From positions 3,003 through 67,002 of the forward strand of contig DASWHO010000423.1 in the NCBI GenBank assembly GCA_036398155.1: DNA of 64,000 nucleotides, written 5' to 3'. The first letter of the stretch is position 1. Each line of letters begins with the position of its first letter. Made by a program: the position numbers and the translations under genes. Source of the DNA: Acidobacteriota bacterium. GTDB lineage: Bacteria > Acidobacteriota > DASWHO01. This document shows positions 29,573 through 50,389 of the stretch, one piece after another. Under the pieces are notes generated by a model. The model did no database searches and was not told the origin of the DNA. It saw nothing but the letters and a program-made list of their open reading frames with translations.

Positions 29573-30127
29573 TTAGCCGGCTCCGCCTGCGGTGGCGCCG
29601 GACTTGCCGACCTTCAGCTTGATGGTCTCGCCCTTGAAACGCACGCCCTTGCCCTTGTACGGATCCGGTTTGCGCAGCCGCCGCAGCGAAGACGCCACCT
29701 CCCCGACCAGCGCCTTGTCGGCGCCGCGCACGGTGAGCTGAGTCTGCTTCTCCACCGCGACCTCGATCCCGTCCGGCAAGGGGAACTCGATCGGGTGGGA
29801 GAATCCCAGATTGAGAGTCAGGTTGCGGCCGCTCACCGCCGCCTTGTAGCCGATCCCGGTGATCTCGAGCTCGCGAACGAACCCTTCGGTGACCCCGTGA
29901 ACCGCGTTGGCCAGCAGGCTCCGGATCAAGCCGTGGAGCTCGCGCTCGCGGCGCTCGTCGCCCCGGCGCTGAACCAAAAGCTTGCCGTCCTGCTGCCGCA
30001 CCGTGATCCCGTCCGGCACCAGCTGGCTGAGCTGCCCCTTGGGCCCCTTGATCCGCACCGCGGCGCCCTCGAGCTCCACGGTGACGCCCTTGGGAATCGC
30101 AATTTCTGCTTTACCGACGCGTGACAT
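29573..30127 (-). CDS. rplF: 50S ribosomal protein L6
   Basis: 'MSRVGKAEIAIPKGVTVELEGAAVRIKGPKGQLS'. Confidence 0.9.
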   Translation of the reverse strand: MSRVGKAEIAIPKGVTVELEGAAVRIKGPKGQLSQLVPDGITVRQQDGKLLVQRRGDERRERELHGLIRSLLANAVHGVTEGFVRELEITGIGYKAAVSGRNLTLNLGFSHPIEFPLPDGIEVAVEKQTQLTVRGADKALVGEVASSLRRLRKPDPYKGKGVRFKGETIKLKVGKSGATAGGAG

Positions 30128-30135
30128 GACGTTTC

Positions 30136-30534
30136 CTACCAGACCTCGCAGAGAATCTCGCCGCCGAGACCTTCACGGGCGCATTCGCGCCCGGTCATCA
30201 ACCCGCGCGAGGTCGTGACGATGTTGATGCCCAATCCGCCGAGAACCCGCGGGATTCCGCTGGCTCCGGCGTAGACCCTGCGCCCCGGAGTACTGATCCG
30301 CCGCAGCCCGGTGATCGCCGGCCGACCCTCCGGACCGTACTTGAGCACCACCCGCAGGCTCTGGGGGCCAGCCTCGCCGGCTTCGCTGACCTCGACGATG
30401 TAGCCTTCCTGCTTGAGCAGCTGCAGGATCTCGCGCTTGATGCGCGAAGCCGGAACCTCCAGCTTGGTATGCCGCGCCTGGCTAGCGTTGCGCAGGCGCG
30501 TGAGCAAATCGGCAATCGGATCGGTCATGGTCAT
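30136..30534 (-). CDS. rpsH: 30S ribosomal protein S8
   Basis: 'MTMTDPIADLLTRLRNASQARHTKLEVPASRIK'. The track ORF is an upstream run-on. Confidence 0.85.
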   Translation of the reverse strand: MTMTDPIADLLTRLRNASQARHTKLEVPASRIKREILQLLKQEGYIVEVSEAGEAGPQSLRVVLKYGPEGRPAITGLRRISTPGRRVYAGASGIPRVLGGLGINIVTTSRGLMTGRECAREGLGGEILCEVW

Positions 30535-30548
30535 AGGCCAACGCCTCG

Positions 30549-30734
30549 CTACCAGCTCGACTTGACGACGCCCGGAATCTGACCCTCGAGCGCGAGCTTG
30601 CGGAAACAAATACGACAGAGCTTAAAGCGGCGCAGAAAACCGCGCGGCCGCCCACACAGCTGGCAGCGGTTGTGCTGCCGAACCTTGAACTTGGGCAGGC
30701 GCAGCGATTTCGCGATCGCAGACTTCTTGGCCAT
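30549..30734 (-). CDS. rpsZ: 30S ribosomal protein S14 type Z (zinc-binding, 61 aa)
   Basis: '[61 protein letters not shown]' with CxxC..CxxC. The start may be the adjacent ATG at 30737. Confidence 0.85.
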   Translation of the reverse strand: MAKKSAIAKSLRLPKFKVRQHNRCQLCGRPRGFLRRFKLCRICFRKLALEGQIPGVVKSSW

Positions 30735-31300
30735 CATGTCCTCCGCAGCGGCAGCCCGAGCTGCTCGAGCAACAGGCGCGCCTCGGCGTCCTCGGATGCC
30801 GTGGTCACGATCGTGATATTCATGCCCACCAGCTTCGACACCTTTTCGTAATCGATCTCGGGAAAGATCAACTGATCCTTGAGACCCACCGTGTAGTTGC
30901 CGCGGCCGTCGAACGCGTTGTTCGACAAACCGCGAAAGTCCTTGACCCGCGGCAGCGCGATGCTGATCAGGCGATCGAGAAACTCCCACATGCGCCGGCC
31001 GCGCAGGGTCACGCGGCAACCGATCGGTTGGCCCTCGCGCACCTTGAACGCCGCAATCGATTTGCGCGCCCGCGTGACCACCGCTTTCTGCCCCGACAAA
31101 TGCGACAGGTTCTCGGCCGCGGCGTCGAGCAGCTTGATGTTCTGGGTCGCCTCGCCGACACCCATGTTGATCACGATCTTCTCCAAACGCGGCACCGCGT
31201 GCGCGTTCTCGAGCTCGAGCTCCTGCTTGAGGCGCGGCAACACTTCCTGCAGGTAACGCTCCCGCAGCCGCGGCATCGTGTGCTTGGTTGCTGTCGCCAT
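30734..31300 (-). CDS. rplE: 50S ribosomal protein L5
   Basis: '[54 protein letters not shown]'. Confidence 0.9.
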   Translation of the reverse strand: MATATKHTMPRLRERYLQEVLPRLKQELELENAHAVPRLEKIVINMGVGEATQNIKLLDAAAENLSHLSGQKAVVTRARKSIAAFKVREGQPIGCRVTLRGRRMWEFLDRLISIALPRVKDFRGLSNNAFDGRGNYTVGLKDQLIFPEIDYEKVSKLVGMNITIVTTASEDAEARLLLEQLGLPLRRT

Positions 31301-31332
31301 AACGCTTGCCTTTCAGCCTAAATCTCGACCGT

Positions 31333-31680
31333 CTATCGATCCAAGGAGCTGCCGCAGCGGCGGCAGACCCGGACCCGCTCGCCCGGCGCGACCTCGCGAT
31401 GCCCAATCCGGGTCGGCTTGGAGCAGTCCGGGCACAGCAGCATCACGTTGGAGAGCTGGATCGGCGCCTCGCGCTCGACGATCCCGCCCTTCTGATTGCG
31501 GCTCGGGTTGGGCCGAGTGTGGCGCTTGATGAAGTTGACCTTCTCCACGATCGCGCGGCCGCGGGTCGGCAAAACCCGCAGCACCCGGCCGCTCTTGCCG
31601 CGGTCATCCCCCGCGATCACGACCACCTGGTCGTTCTTGCGGATCGCGGACCGCGGCACCTTTAGCTTCGGCTTCGCCAC
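31333..31680 (-). CDS. rplX: 50S ribosomal protein L24 with C-terminal CxxC..CxxC zinc ribbon
   Basis: KOW motif '[22 protein letters not shown]'. C-terminal '[18 protein letters not shown]'. Confidence 0.9.
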   Translation of the reverse strand: MAKPKLKVPRSAIRKNDQVVVIAGDDRGKSGRVLRVLPTRGRAIVEKVNFIKRHTRPNPSRNQKGGIVEREAPIQLSNVMLLCPDCSKPTRIGHREVAPGERVRVCRRCGSSLDR

Positions 31681-32048
31681 TACAGCACCTCCGGCGCCAG
31701 CGAGATGATCTTCATGAACTGACGCTCACGCAGCTCGCGCGCCACCGGGCCGAATACGCGGGTCCCGATCGGCTCGCCTTCGGCGTTGATCAGGACCGCG
31801 GCATTCTGGTCGAAACGAATGTACGAACCGTCGCGCCGCCGGGTTTCTTTGCGCAAGCGCACGATCACCGCCTTGACCACATCGCCTTTTTTGACCTGAC
31901 CGGCCGGGCTCGCTTCCTTGACCGACGCGGTCACCACATCCCCCAGGCCGGCATAGCGACCCACCCCGCCGCCGAGCGGCAGAATGCAGGCGATCCGCTT
32001 GGCGCCGGAGTTGTCCGCCACCTGAAGAATGCTGCGCATCTGGATCAT
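31680..32048 (-). CDS. rplN: 50S ribosomal protein L14
   Basis: '[31 protein letters not shown]'. Confidence 0.9.
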   Translation of the reverse strand: MIQMRSILQVADNSGAKRIACILPLGGGVGRYAGLGDVVTASVKEASPAGQVKKGDVVKAVIVRLRKETRRRDGSYIRFDQNAAVLINAEGEPIGTRVFGPVARELRERQFMKIISLAPEVL

Positions 32049-32051
32049 GGT

Positions 32052-32339
32052 CTAGGCCTCGCGCTCCTGCTGGTCGACCACCGGGCTCTTGCGCAGCACG
32101 GTCCGAATCACCCAGCGCTTGCGCGCCGACAGTGGCCGGCTCTCCACAATCCGAACCTGATCGCCGTTGCGAGTCATGTTCTCTTCGTCGTGGACCATGA
32201 AGGTGGCGGTCTGGCGCCGGATCTTGCCGTAGAACGGATGGGTGATCAGGCGCTCGACCGCGACGATGCGGCTCTTGTTCATCTTGTCGCGCACCACCGT
32301 GCCGACTAGGGCGCGCCGATTGCCTCGTGATTTTGCCAT
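32052..32339 (-). CDS. rpsQ: 30S ribosomal protein S17
   Basis: 'LVGTVVRDKMNKSRIVAVERLITHPFYGKIRRQTATFMVHDEEN'. Confidence 0.9.
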   Translation of the reverse strand: MAKSRGNRRALVGTVVRDKMNKSRIVAVERLITHPFYGKIRRQTATFMVHDEENMTRNGDQVRIVESRPLSARKRWVIRTVLRKSPVVDQQEREA

Positions 32340-32350
32340 CGCCGATAACC

Positions 32351-32566
32351 TCAGGCCTCCGCGGCCTCACGCTTGATCTGGAGCTCGCGCTCCCGCAAGA
32401 CGGTCTTGATGCGCGCCACGCTCACCCGCAAGCGGCGGATCGACTGCACGCTCTCGGCCTGCCCGGCGGCGAGCTGGAAGCGCTGCTTGAACAGCTGGTC
32501 CGCCAGCTCTTCGAGCCGCACTTTGAGCTCCTCGTCGCCCAGCTCGCGGATTTCACGGATCTTCAT
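32351..32566 (-). CDS. rpmC: 50S ribosomal protein L29
   Basis: 'MKIREIRELGDEELKVRLEELADQLFKQRFQLAAGQ'. Confidence 0.85.
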   Translation of the reverse strand: MKIREIRELGDEELKVRLEELADQLFKQRFQLAAGQAESVQSIRRLRVSVARIKTVLRERELQIKREAAEA

Positions 32567-32592
32567 GGCCGTCTACGCCTCGCGCCGCCGGT

Positions 32593-32750
32593 GGCCAGTA
32601 ACACCCAAATCGGTAGCGGATCGCGCCGTCATCGAGGGCGGAGGCAAGGCGCGCCGACGCAGCCATAGCAAGCCGCTATGGCGAGGAGGCGCAACGCCGC
32701 ATCCGCCCTTGAGGGCCAGCGAGCCGCAACCGATTTGGGTGTTACGGGCC
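32593..32750. repeat. 158-bp imperfect palindrome (long-hairpin element) filling the abnormal 185-bp rplP-rpmC spacer
   Basis: Outer arms GGCCAGTAACACCCAAATCGGT (32593-32614) and ACCGATTTGGGTGTTACGGGCC (32729-32750) are 21/22 complementary. Central hairpin GCCATAGC-AAGCC-GCTATGGC is at 32662-32682. Inner arms are partly complementary. Confidence 0.75.
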
Positions 32751-32751
32751 A

Positions 32752-33171
32752 CTAGGCGGCCACCTCGCCGCGGGCCACGAACCGGGTCTGGAGCGGCAGT
32801 TTGTGGGCCGCGCGGCGCAGCGCCTCTTTCGCGGTGGCGCGATCGACCCCTTCCATCTCGAACAGCACCTTGCCGGGTCGAACCACCGCCACCCAATACT
32901 CGGGCGCGCCCTTGCCCTTGCCCATTCGGGTTTCGGCCGGCTTTTTGGTGCACGGCTTATCGGGAAACAGCCGCACCCAGATCTTCCCGCCGCGCTTGAT
33001 GAAGCGGCTCATCGCGATCCGGCTGGCTTCGATCTGCCGGTCGGTGATCCAGCCCGGCTCGGTGGCCTTGAGGCCGTAGTCGCCGAAGCTCACCTTGTCG
33101 CCGCGCCAGGCCTTGCCGCGGCGCCGGCCGCGCTGCACCTTGCGGTGCTTCACTTTGCTGGGCATCAACAT
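32752..33171 (-). CDS. rplP: 50S ribosomal protein L16
   Basis: '[60 protein letters not shown]'. Confidence 0.9.
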   Translation of the reverse strand: MLMPSKVKHRKVQRGRRRGKAWRGDKVSFGDYGLKATEPGWITDRQIEASRIAMSRFIKRGGKIWVRLFPDKPCTKKPAETRMGKGKGAPEYWVAVVRPGKVLFEMEGVDRATAKEALRRAAHKLPLQTRFVARGEVAA

Positions 33172-33205
33172 GACGAATTCGCTCCCCGCTTCCCGACGCA
33201 GCGCG

Positions 33206-33841
33206 TCAGCGGGTGACCTCCAGGATGTCTCCCTTGTAAAGCCAGACCTTGACCCCGATCTGACCGTAGGTGGTGAACGCTTCGGAAAAACCGTAGTCGA
33301 TATCGGCGCGCAGGGTGTGCAGCGGCAGGCGACCGTTGAGGTACCACTCGCTGCGCGCGATCTCGGCGCCGTTGAGCCGGCCGGCGCAACGCACCTTGAT
33401 CCCCTTGGCGCCGAAGCGCAGCGCGCTGTCGACCGATTTGCGCATCGCGCGGCGGAACGCGACCCGCCGCTCGAGCTGCACCGCGATATTCTCGCTGATC
33501 AGCTGGGCGTTGAGCTCGGGGCGGTTGATCTCGTGGATATTGATGTAGACCTCGCGGCCGGTCCGCTTCTGCAGCTGTTCGCGCAGCTTGTCGACCTCGG
33601 CACCTTTGCGCCCGATGATCACGCCCGGACGCGAGGTCTGGATCGTGATCTTGAGCTTGTTGGCGGCCCGTTCGATCTCGATGCCGGCCACGCCGTTGCG
33701 CGAGAAGCGCTTGAGCAAACGGCGCCGCAGGTCGAAATCTTCGTGCAGCAGCTTGGCGTAGTCGCGCTCCGCGTACCAGCGCGAGCGCCAGACCTTGTTG
33801 TAGCCGAGCCGAAAACCGAACGGATGTACTTTCTGACCCAT
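33206..33841 (-). CDS. rpsC: 30S ribosomal protein S3
   Basis: '[40 protein letters not shown]' KH + S3-C domains. Confidence 0.9.
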   Translation of the reverse strand: MGQKVHPFGFRLGYNKVWRSRWYAERDYAKLLHEDFDLRRRLLKRFSRNGVAGIEIERAANKLKITIQTSRPGVIIGRKGAEVDKLREQLQKRTGREVYINIHEINRPELNAQLISENIAVQLERRVAFRRAMRKSVDSALRFGAKGIKVRCAGRLNGAEIARSEWYLNGRLPLHTLRADIDYGFSEAFTTYGQIGVKVWLYKGDILEVTR

Positions 33842-33855
33842 ACCGAGCTTGCCTC

Positions 33856-34191
33856 TCAGCGAGCCTCGAGCTGCACCGTCACATGACAGCTGCGCTTGAG
33901 GATCCGGAATACGCGTCCCATGGCGCGGTGGCGGATCCGCTTCATCGACGGCCCGCCGTCCACATGAATCGTAGCGATCACCAGCCGATCGACATCGACG
34001 CCGCTCTCGGCCCGCTTGGCGTTGGCCAACGCCGACTCGACCAGCTTGAGCAGGTCGCGCGCCACCGCCTTGGGGCTATAGCGCAGCAGATCGAGCGCCT
34101 GATCCACCGGCTTGCCGCGGATGGTGTCCGCCACCAAGCGGGCCTTTTGCGGCGAAACCCCAAGATAGCGCAGCTTGGCTATGGCTTCCAT
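33856..34191 (-). CDS. rplV: 50S ribosomal protein L22
   Basis: '[40 protein letters not shown]'. Confidence 0.9.
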   Translation of the reverse strand: MEAIAKLRYLGVSPQKARLVADTIRGKPVDQALDLLRYSPKAVARDLLKLVESALANAKRAESGVDVDRLVIATIHVDGGPSMKRIRHRAMGRVFRILKRSCHVTVQLEAR

Positions 34192-34196
34192 CGTTC

Positions 34197-34487
34197 CTAC
34201 GCCGGTTTGGCGGCCTTCTCGGTAGCGGCCCTGACGCTGTGGGCCTTGAACAGCCGGGTCATGGCGAACTCGCCGAGTTTATGGCCGACCATGTTCTCGG
34301 TCACGTAGACCGGAATGAACTTCTTGCCGTTGTGCACCGCCAAGGTATGCCCCACCATGTCGGGCACGATCATCGAGCGCCGCGACCAGGTCTTGACCAC
34401 CTTCTTTTCGTTGCGCCGATTCATGGACTCGATCTTGGACTGCAGCGCGGTGTCGACCCAAGGTCCCTTTTTGACCGATCGTCCCAT
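34197..34487 (-). CDS. rpsS: 30S ribosomal protein S19
   Basis: '[52 protein letters not shown]'. Confidence 0.9.
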   Translation of the reverse strand: MGRSVKKGPWVDTALQSKIESMNRRNEKKVVKTWSRRSMIVPDMVGHTLAVHNGKKFIPVYVTENMVGHKLGEFAMTRLFKAHSVRAATEKAAKPA

Positions 34488-34536
34488 TACCTTCTCACCC
34501 TGCCTCGAGCTCTGGTTTCAATTTGCATTGGCGGCC

Positions 34537-35373
34537 TCAAGATTTGCGGCGCCGCACCCGGCGGCGCACGATGAACGCGCCGCTGCGCTTGTTGCGGCGC
34601 GTCTTGTGTCCCTTGGTCGGCTGGCCCCACGGGCTCACCGGGTGGCGACCGCCGCTGGATTTGCCCTCGCCGCCGCCCAGCGGATGATCGACCGGGTTCA
34701 TCGCCACGCCGCGGTTGTGCGGCTTGCGACCCAGCCAGCGGTTGCGGCCGGCCTTGCCGATCGAGACGTTCTCACGCTCGATGTTGCCGACCTGGCCCAG
34801 GGTTGCGCGGCACTCCAGGTACACCTTGCGCTGCTCGCCGCTCGGCAGCCGGAGCAGAGCGTAGTTGCCCTCCTTGGCCACCAGCTGCACCTGAGTCCCG
34901 GCGCTGCGCGCCATCTGGCCGCCCTTGCCGGGGGTCAGCTCGACGTTGTGCACGATGCTGCCGACCGGGATCTTCTGCAGCCTGAGGGCGTTGCCGACCG
35001 CAATCTCGGCGTCGTCGCCCGAAGCCAACTTCATTCCGACCTGGAGCCCGAGCGGCGCCAGAATGTAGCGCTTTTCGCCGTCGGCGTAGTGCAACAGGGC
35101 GATCCGGGCCGAGCGGTTCGGGTCATACTGGATCCCCGCGACCCGGGCGGCGATGCCGTCTTTGTTGCGCCGAAAATCGATCTTGCGGTAGCGCCGTTTG
35201 TGGCCGCCGCCGCGCCACCAAATGGTGATCTCGCCGCGATTGTTGCGGCCGCCGCTCTTGGTATTCGGCTCCAGCAAACGCTTGGGAATCTCGGCGCTGC
35301 CTTCGGAGCGGAACACCAGCGTGGTGCGAAACCGGCTCGCGGCGCTGGTCGGATTGTATTTCTTGATCGCCAT
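34537..35373 (-). CDS. rplB: 50S ribosomal protein L2
   Basis: '[47 protein letters not shown]'. Confidence 0.9.
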   Translation of the reverse strand: MAIKKYNPTSAASRFRTTLVFRSEGSAEIPKRLLEPNTKSGGRNNRGEITIWWRGGGHKRRYRKIDFRRNKDGIAARVAGIQYDPNRSARIALLHYADGEKRYILAPLGLQVGMKLASGDDAEIAVGNALRLQKIPVGSIVHNVELTPGKGGQMARSAGTQVQLVAKEGNYALLRLPSGEQRKVYLECRATLGQVGNIERENVSIGKAGRNRWLGRKPHNRGVAMNPVDHPLGGGEGKSSGGRHPVSPWGQPTKGHKTRRNKRSGAFIVRRRVRRRKS

Positions 35374-35394
35374 GGCTTTTTCTAGCGAGCTCTC

Positions 35395-35688
35395 TTACAC
35401 GCCCTCGAAGTATTCAATCGTCTTGGAGCCCGGCTTGAGCACCACGTAGGCCTTTTTGCGGTCCGGACGATAGCCGCTCGAGCGCCCGAAGCGCTTGAGC
35501 TTGCCGCCTTGGTTGACGATCCGCACCGCTTCGACCTTGACCTTGAACAGCGCTTCGACCGCCCGCTTGACGTCGATCCGATTCGCGGCGCGGTCGACCA
35601 GGAAACAGAGCTGGCGGTGCTGCTCCTTGAGCCGGGTGCTCTTTTCCGTGATCAGCGGCTTGAGGATCACTTTGTAGTTGTTGTTCAT
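35395..35688 (-). CDS. rplW: 50S ribosomal protein L23
   Basis: 'YKVILKPLITEKSTRLKEQHRQLCFLVDRAANRIDVKRAVEALFKVKVEAVRI'. Confidence 0.9.
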   Translation of the reverse strand: MNNNYKVILKPLITEKSTRLKEQHRQLCFLVDRAANRIDVKRAVEALFKVKVEAVRIVNQGGKLKRFGRSSGYRPDRKKAYVVLKPGSKTIEYFEGV

Positions 35689-36353
35689 GGCGAGGAGGCC
35701 GCGCCGCGCTGGCGCGCCGGTTTGCTCAGCAGCTGGGTCAGGTCCTCAAAGGCCGCTCGAGTCATGACCACATGATCGAACTTCATCAGATCGCTCAGGC
35801 TCAGGCCCAGGCCGTTGACGTGTTTGAATCCGACCAGATTGCGTGAAGCGAGCTCCAAGTTGGCGTTGCCGGGGCGGTCGACCAGCAGCGCTCCCGACAG
35901 CCCCAGACCGCGCAGCGCCGTCGCCAGCGCTTTGGTCTTGGGCGTCTCCAGCGCCAGCTGATCGAGCACCGTGAGCTGCTGGTCGCGCAGCTTCAGCGCC
36001 AGCGCCGAGCGCAGCGCGGCCTGTCGTTTGCGCCGCGGCAGCGCCATGCTGTAGTCGCGCGGCACCGGTCCATGCACGGTCCCGCCCTTGCGCCACAGCG
36101 GATTGCGGATTTCGCCGACCCGCGCTCGACCGGTGCCCTTCTGGCGCCACGGTTTCTTGCCGCTGCCCTGGACCTCGCCGCGGGTCTTGGTCTTGGCGGT
36201 GCCGCGCCGCAGGCCGGCCAGCTCGCTGACCACGACTTCGTGAATCAGGTCGGGCTTGATCCGGGCCTGCTCCAGCTCCTTGGGCAGCGGCATGCGATCG
36301 ACCGCAGCGCCGGCCAGGCTCTTGATCTCGATCTCGCTCGGGACTTGGGCCAT
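35685..36353 (-). CDS. rplD: 50S ribosomal protein L4
   Basis: Start [13 protein letters not shown] is set immediately after the rplC stop. '[34 protein letters not shown]'. Confidence 0.85.
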   Translation of the reverse strand: MAQVPSEIEIKSLAGAAVDRMPLPKELEQARIKPDLIHEVVVSELAGLRRGTAKTKTRGEVQGSGKKPWRQKGTGRARVGEIRNPLWRKGGTVHGPVPRDYSMALPRRKRQAALRSALALKLRDQQLTVLDQLALETPKTKALATALRGLGLSGALLVDRPGNANLELASRNLVGFKHVNGLGLSLSDLMKFDHVVMTRAAFEDLTQLLSKPARQRGAASSP

Positions 36354-36357
36354 GTTC

Positions 36358-36993
36358 TCAGCCCTCACCATGGCTGCGCCGCACTTCGACAAAACCGCCG
36401 TTCGGACCCGGCACCGCGCCGCAGACCGCCAGCAGATTGTGCTCCGCGCTGAGCTGAACCACTTTGAGATTGCGGCTGGTCACCCGGGTGCCGCCCATCC
36501 GGCCGGCGCCGCGCATCCCCTTCATGACCCGGGATGGGAACGAGGAGGCGCCGATCGAGCCGGGCGCGCGATGAAACATCGAGCCGTGGGTGGCGCGGCC
36601 GCCGCGGAAATGGTGGCGCCGCACCACGCCCTGGAAACCCTTGCCCTTGCTGATCCCGCGCACGTCGACCCGACCCACGCCTTCCAGCAGCGAAACATCG
36701 AGGCGGGTACCGGCCTCCGGCACCTGATCGCCGATCAGGCGGAACTCCCGGATCGGACCGATATCGAGCTCGCCGCCGTGCTTTTTGAGATGGCCGCTCA
36801 TCGGTTTGTTCTGCCGCCCCGCCGCGCCGGTCTTGAGCAGACCGAGCTGCACTGCCGCCGCGCCGCCTTTGCCGCTGCGGCCCTGCAGCACCACGCACGG
36901 CCCGACCTCGATCAAGGTCACCGGCAGGCACGCGCCTCGCTCGTCGAACAGTTGGCTCATGCCGACTTTGCGCCCCAGCAGTCCTTCGACCAT
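36358..36993 (-). CDS. rplC: 50S ribosomal protein L3
   Basis: '[57 protein letters not shown]'. Confidence 0.9.
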   Translation of the reverse strand: MVEGLLGRKVGMSQLFDERGACLPVTLIEVGPCVVLQGRSGKGGAAAVQLGLLKTGAAGRQNKPMSGHLKKHGGELDIGPIREFRLIGDQVPEAGTRLDVSLLEGVGRVDVRGISKGKGFQGVVRRHHFRGGRATHGSMFHRAPGSIGASSFPSRVMKGMRGAGRMGGTRVTSRNLKVVQLSAEHNLLAVCGAVPGPNGGFVEVRRSHGEG

Positions 36994-37004
36994 GGCCTTG
37001 CCCT

Positions 37005-37331
<327 letters not shown>

Positions 37332-37378
37332 TGTCAATGCTCTCACCGTCGCCCGCGGGCTACCCGGAGACTCCCGGT

Positions 37379-38581
<1,203 letters not shown>

Positions 38582-38583
38582 GG

Positions 38584-40671
38584 TTAGTCCTTGCCTCCCG
38601 CCTCGGCGATTACCTTTTCCTCCAAACTCTTGGGCAACGGCTCATAGGCCGCGAACTGCATGGTGTAAGTTGCCCGCCCCTGGGTGAAGCTGCGCAGATC
38701 GGTGGCATAGCCGAACATCCGCACCAGCGGCACCATCGCTGCAATCACCCGTACTCCGCCGCGATTGTCCAGGCCGCTGATCCGGCCGCGCCGCGAGTTG
38801 AGGTCGCCGACCACGTCGCCGAAGTACTCTTCCGGCGTCAGCACCTCGACACTCATGATCGGCTCCAGCAGAATCGGACCCGCCTTCTTGACCGCTTGCT
38901 TGAGCGCCATCGAGCCGGCGATCTTGAACGCCATTTCGTTGGAGTCGACCTCGTGGAACGAACCGTCAAACAAAGTCACCTTGACGTTCTTGATCGGATA
39001 GCCGGCCAGCACGCCGTGCTCGAGCGCCTCGCGCACGCCCGACTCGATCGGCTTGATGAACTCGCGCGGGATCGCGCCGCCGACAATCGCATTGACGAAC
39101 TCGAAATCGGTGCCGGGCTGCAGCGGTTCGATGGTGAGCTTGGCATGACCGTACTGGCCGCGCCCGCCGGTTTGACGCACGTAGCGTCCTTCCCCGCCGC
39201 TCGGCTTGGTGATGGTCTCCTTGTAGGCCACCTGGGGCTTGCCGACGCTGGCGTTGACCTTGAACTCGCGCAGCATCCGATCGACGATGATCTCGAGGTG
39301 CAACTCGCCCATCCCCGAGATCAAGGTCTGGCCGGTTTCGCCGTCGATGTGGACCCGGAAGGTCGGATCCTCGTGCACCATCTTCTCCAGCGCCGCGGAG
39401 AGCTTCTCCGAATCGCCCTTGGACTTGGGCTCGATCGCGACCGCGATCACCGGCTCGGGGAACTGCATCGCCTCGAGCACCAGCGGCGCCTTGGGGTCGC
39501 AGATGGTATCGCCGGTGCGCACCGACTTGAGGCCGACCGCCGCCGCGATGTCGCCGGAGTGGACCTGTTTGATCTCCTCGCGCTGGTCGGCGTGCATCTT
39601 GAGCAGGCGTCCGATCCGCTCCTTGCTGCCCTGGCGCACATGCAGCACCTGATCGCCGCTGGCGAGCTGACCGGAGTAAACCCGGAAGAACGCCAGCTGG
39701 CCGACGAACGGATCGCTCATGATCTTGAACACCAAGGCGGCGAACGGCGCCGCGTCGCTGGTCTCGCGAAGCTCGACCCCCTCGCCGTCGGGCTCGAAGC
39801 CCTGGATCGGCGGCACGTCGAGCGGCGACGGCAGGTAGTCGACCACCGCGTCGAGCAACGTTTGCACGCCCTTGTTGCGGAACGCGCTGCCGCACAGCAC
39901 CGGGACCATTTCGCCTGACACGGTGGCGCGGCGCAGCGCGGTGCGGATCTCGTCCGGGCTGATCGGATCGCCGCCCAGGTAGGCGTGCAGCAGGCGATCG
40001 TCGCTCTCGGCCACCGCCTCGAGCATGCGCTCGCGGGCCCGATCGGCCGCCTCGCGCAGCTTGTCGGGGATCGCGCCGCGGTTCATGGTCAGCCCGTGTT
40101 CGTCCTGCTCGGGCCAGCGCACCGCCTGCATGGCCACCAGATCGATGACGCCCTCGAGCTCGTCCTCGACCCCCAGCGGGATTTGGATCGGAACCGCTTT
40201 GGCGCCGAGCCGTTTCTTGATCTGATCGACCACTGCTTCGAAATCGGCGCCGACCCGGTCCATCTTGTTGACGAACGCCAGCCGCGGCACCCGGTAGCGG
40301 TCCATCTGGCGCCACACGGTCTCGGACTGCGGCTCGACCCCGCCGACCCCGCAGAACACCGCGATCGCTCCGTCCAAGACCCGCAGCGAACGCTCGACCT
40401 CGGCGGTGAAATCAACGTGGCCGGGCGTATCGATGAGGTTGACGCGATGGTCGCGCCAGGTGCAGGTGGTCGCCGCCGAGGTGATGGTGATGCCGCGCTC
40501 GCGCTCCTGCTCCATCCAATCCATGGTGGCCGAGCCCTCGTGCACCTCGCCCATCTTGTGGGTGATGCCGGTGTAGAACAGGACCCGCTCGGTGGTAGTG
40601 GTCTTGCCGGCGTCGATGTGCGCCACAATCCCGATGTTGCGCAGGCGTTCTAAGGGTGTCCGTCGTGCCAT
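38584..40671 (-). CDS. fusA: Elongation factor G
   Basis: '[78 protein letters not shown]'. Confidence 0.95.
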   Translation of the reverse strand: MARRTPLERLRNIGIVAHIDAGKTTTTERVLFYTGITHKMGEVHEGSATMDWMEQERERGITITSAATTCTWRDHRVNLIDTPGHVDFTAEVERSLRVLDGAIAVFCGVGGVEPQSETVWRQMDRYRVPRLAFVNKMDRVGADFEAVVDQIKKRLGAKAVPIQIPLGVEDELEGVIDLVAMQAVRWPEQDEHGLTMNRGAIPDKLREAADRARERMLEAVAESDDRLLHAYLGGDPISPDEIRTALRRATVSGEMVPVLCGSAFRNKGVQTLLDAVVDYLPSPLDVPPIQGFEPDGEGVELRETSDAAPFAALVFKIMSDPFVGQLAFFRVYSGQLASGDQVLHVRQGSKERIGRLLKMHADQREEIKQVHSGDIAAAVGLKSVRTGDTICDPKAPLVLEAMQFPEPVIAVAIEPKSKGDSEKLSAALEKMVHEDPTFRVHIDGETGQTLISGMGELHLEIIVDRMLREFKVNASVGKPQVAYKETITKPSGGEGRYVRQTGGRGQYGHAKLTIEPLQPGTDFEFVNAIVGGAIPREFIKPIESGVREALEHGVLAGYPIKNVKVTLFDGSFHEVDSNEMAFKIAGSMALKQAVKKAGPILLEPIMSVEVLTPEEYFGDVVGDLNSRRGRISGLDNRGGVRVIAAMVPLVRMFGYATDLRSFTQGRATYTMQFAAYEPLPKSLEEKVIAEAGGKD

Positions 40672-40781
40672 GGTCTTGTTCGCGTGGCCAACCAGTTTGG
40701 TCGGCCTTCATGGAGCCGATCCCCGCAAGGGTTGGATGTCGCTACTCCTTTTTGCTCTTGGTTTCGAACCGTTTACTTGCG

Positions 40782-41252
40782 CTACCAGCGATAGTGGGCG
40801 AAGGCCTTGTTGGCCTCGGCCATCTTGTGGGTGTCTTCCTTCTTCTTGATCGACGCGCCCCGGTTGTTGGATGCGTCGAGCAGCTCGTTGGCCAGCTTCT
40901 CTTGCATCGTCTTTTCACCGCGCAGCCGGGCATAGGCCAGCAGCCAGCGGATGCTGAGCGACAGGCGCCGGTTGGGATCGACCTCGACCGGAACCTGATA
41001 GGTCGAACCGCCGACCCGCCGCGACTTGACCTCCAGCGCCGGCTTGACGTTGTCGACCGCCTTCTTGAAGGTCTTCAAGCCTTCGCCGCTGGTCTTATCG
41101 TCGAGGATCTTGACCGCGCCATAGAAAATCCCCTCGGCGACGCTCTTTTTGCCTTGGCGCATGACGGTGTTGATGAACTGGGTCGCCAGGCTGCTGTGAA
41201 ACACCGGATCCGGGGATGCTTCCCGGCGGGGAATTCGGCCGCGTCTAGGCAT
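40782..41252 (-). CDS. rpsG: 30S ribosomal protein S7
   Basis: '[46 protein letters not shown]'. Confidence 0.9.
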   Translation of the reverse strand: MPRRGRIPRREASPDPVFHSSLATQFINTVMRQGKKSVAEGIFYGAVKILDDKTSGEGLKTFKKAVDNVKPALEVKSRRVGGSTYQVPVEVDPNRRLSLSIRWLLAYARLRGEKTMQEKLANELLDASNNRGASIKKKEDTHKMAEANKAFAHYRW

Positions 41253-41270
41253 GGTTCATGACCTCCGCCC

Positions 41271-41651
<381 letters not shown>

Positions 41652-41813
41652 AGTTCGAGTTCCTTAAGTTCGCGTAAAAGAAACGCCCTTTCTCCCGACA
41701 AATACAAAAGCCAATTTGGACGCGGTTCATCGGCCCAAATTGGCTCGACGACAGCCGGCGCTCCAAAAGAGCTCGCCACCCAGCCACAGAGACTCCGGGC
41801 GGGTAACTTGCTG

Positions 41814-41842
41814 AGCTTATCAGCGCCTAAGCAGCCTGTCAA
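41814..41842 (-). promoter_or_regulatory. Near-consensus sigma70 promoter (TTGACA-17-TAAGCT) for the rpsL-rpsG-fusA-tuf(-S10...) operon; ~155-nt leader contains a 10-bp-stem hairpin GCCAATTTGG...CCAAATTGGC
   Basis: Hexamers read directly on the minus strand, about 160 nt upstream of the rpsL GTG. Confidence 0.5.
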
Positions 41843-41960
41843 GCCAGTTTTCGGGGCTTTCCAGACCCCTCCAGCGGGCCCCAAGCCGCCTCCAAACTCT
41901 GGGCAAAGCGGAATCGAAACCCCAGCCCGCGGAGAGACAACACCATGAGCATCGCCCACC

Positions 41961-41981
41961 GGGAGGGGACAAGCCCCTCCC
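41961..41981 (-). terminator. GC-rich hairpin (GGGAGGGGC-TTGT-CCCCTCCC) about 45 nt downstream of rpoC; putative terminator/attenuator without U-tract
   Basis: Perfect 9-bp stem read from the sequence. It follows the post-stop head CCCGGCGGCGGATCTCCGGCGCCC (42002-42025). Confidence 0.4.
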
Positions 41982-42025
41982 CTACATCTACATGCCACTG
42001 AGGGCGCCGGAGATCCGCCGCCGGG

Positions 42026-50310
<8,285 letters not shown>

Positions 50311-50389
50311 TCAAACAACCTCTAGGGACGAATTAGGGGACCGCTGACACCCATCCAACCTCGACCGACGGCTCGGCCGGGGGGCTCGG

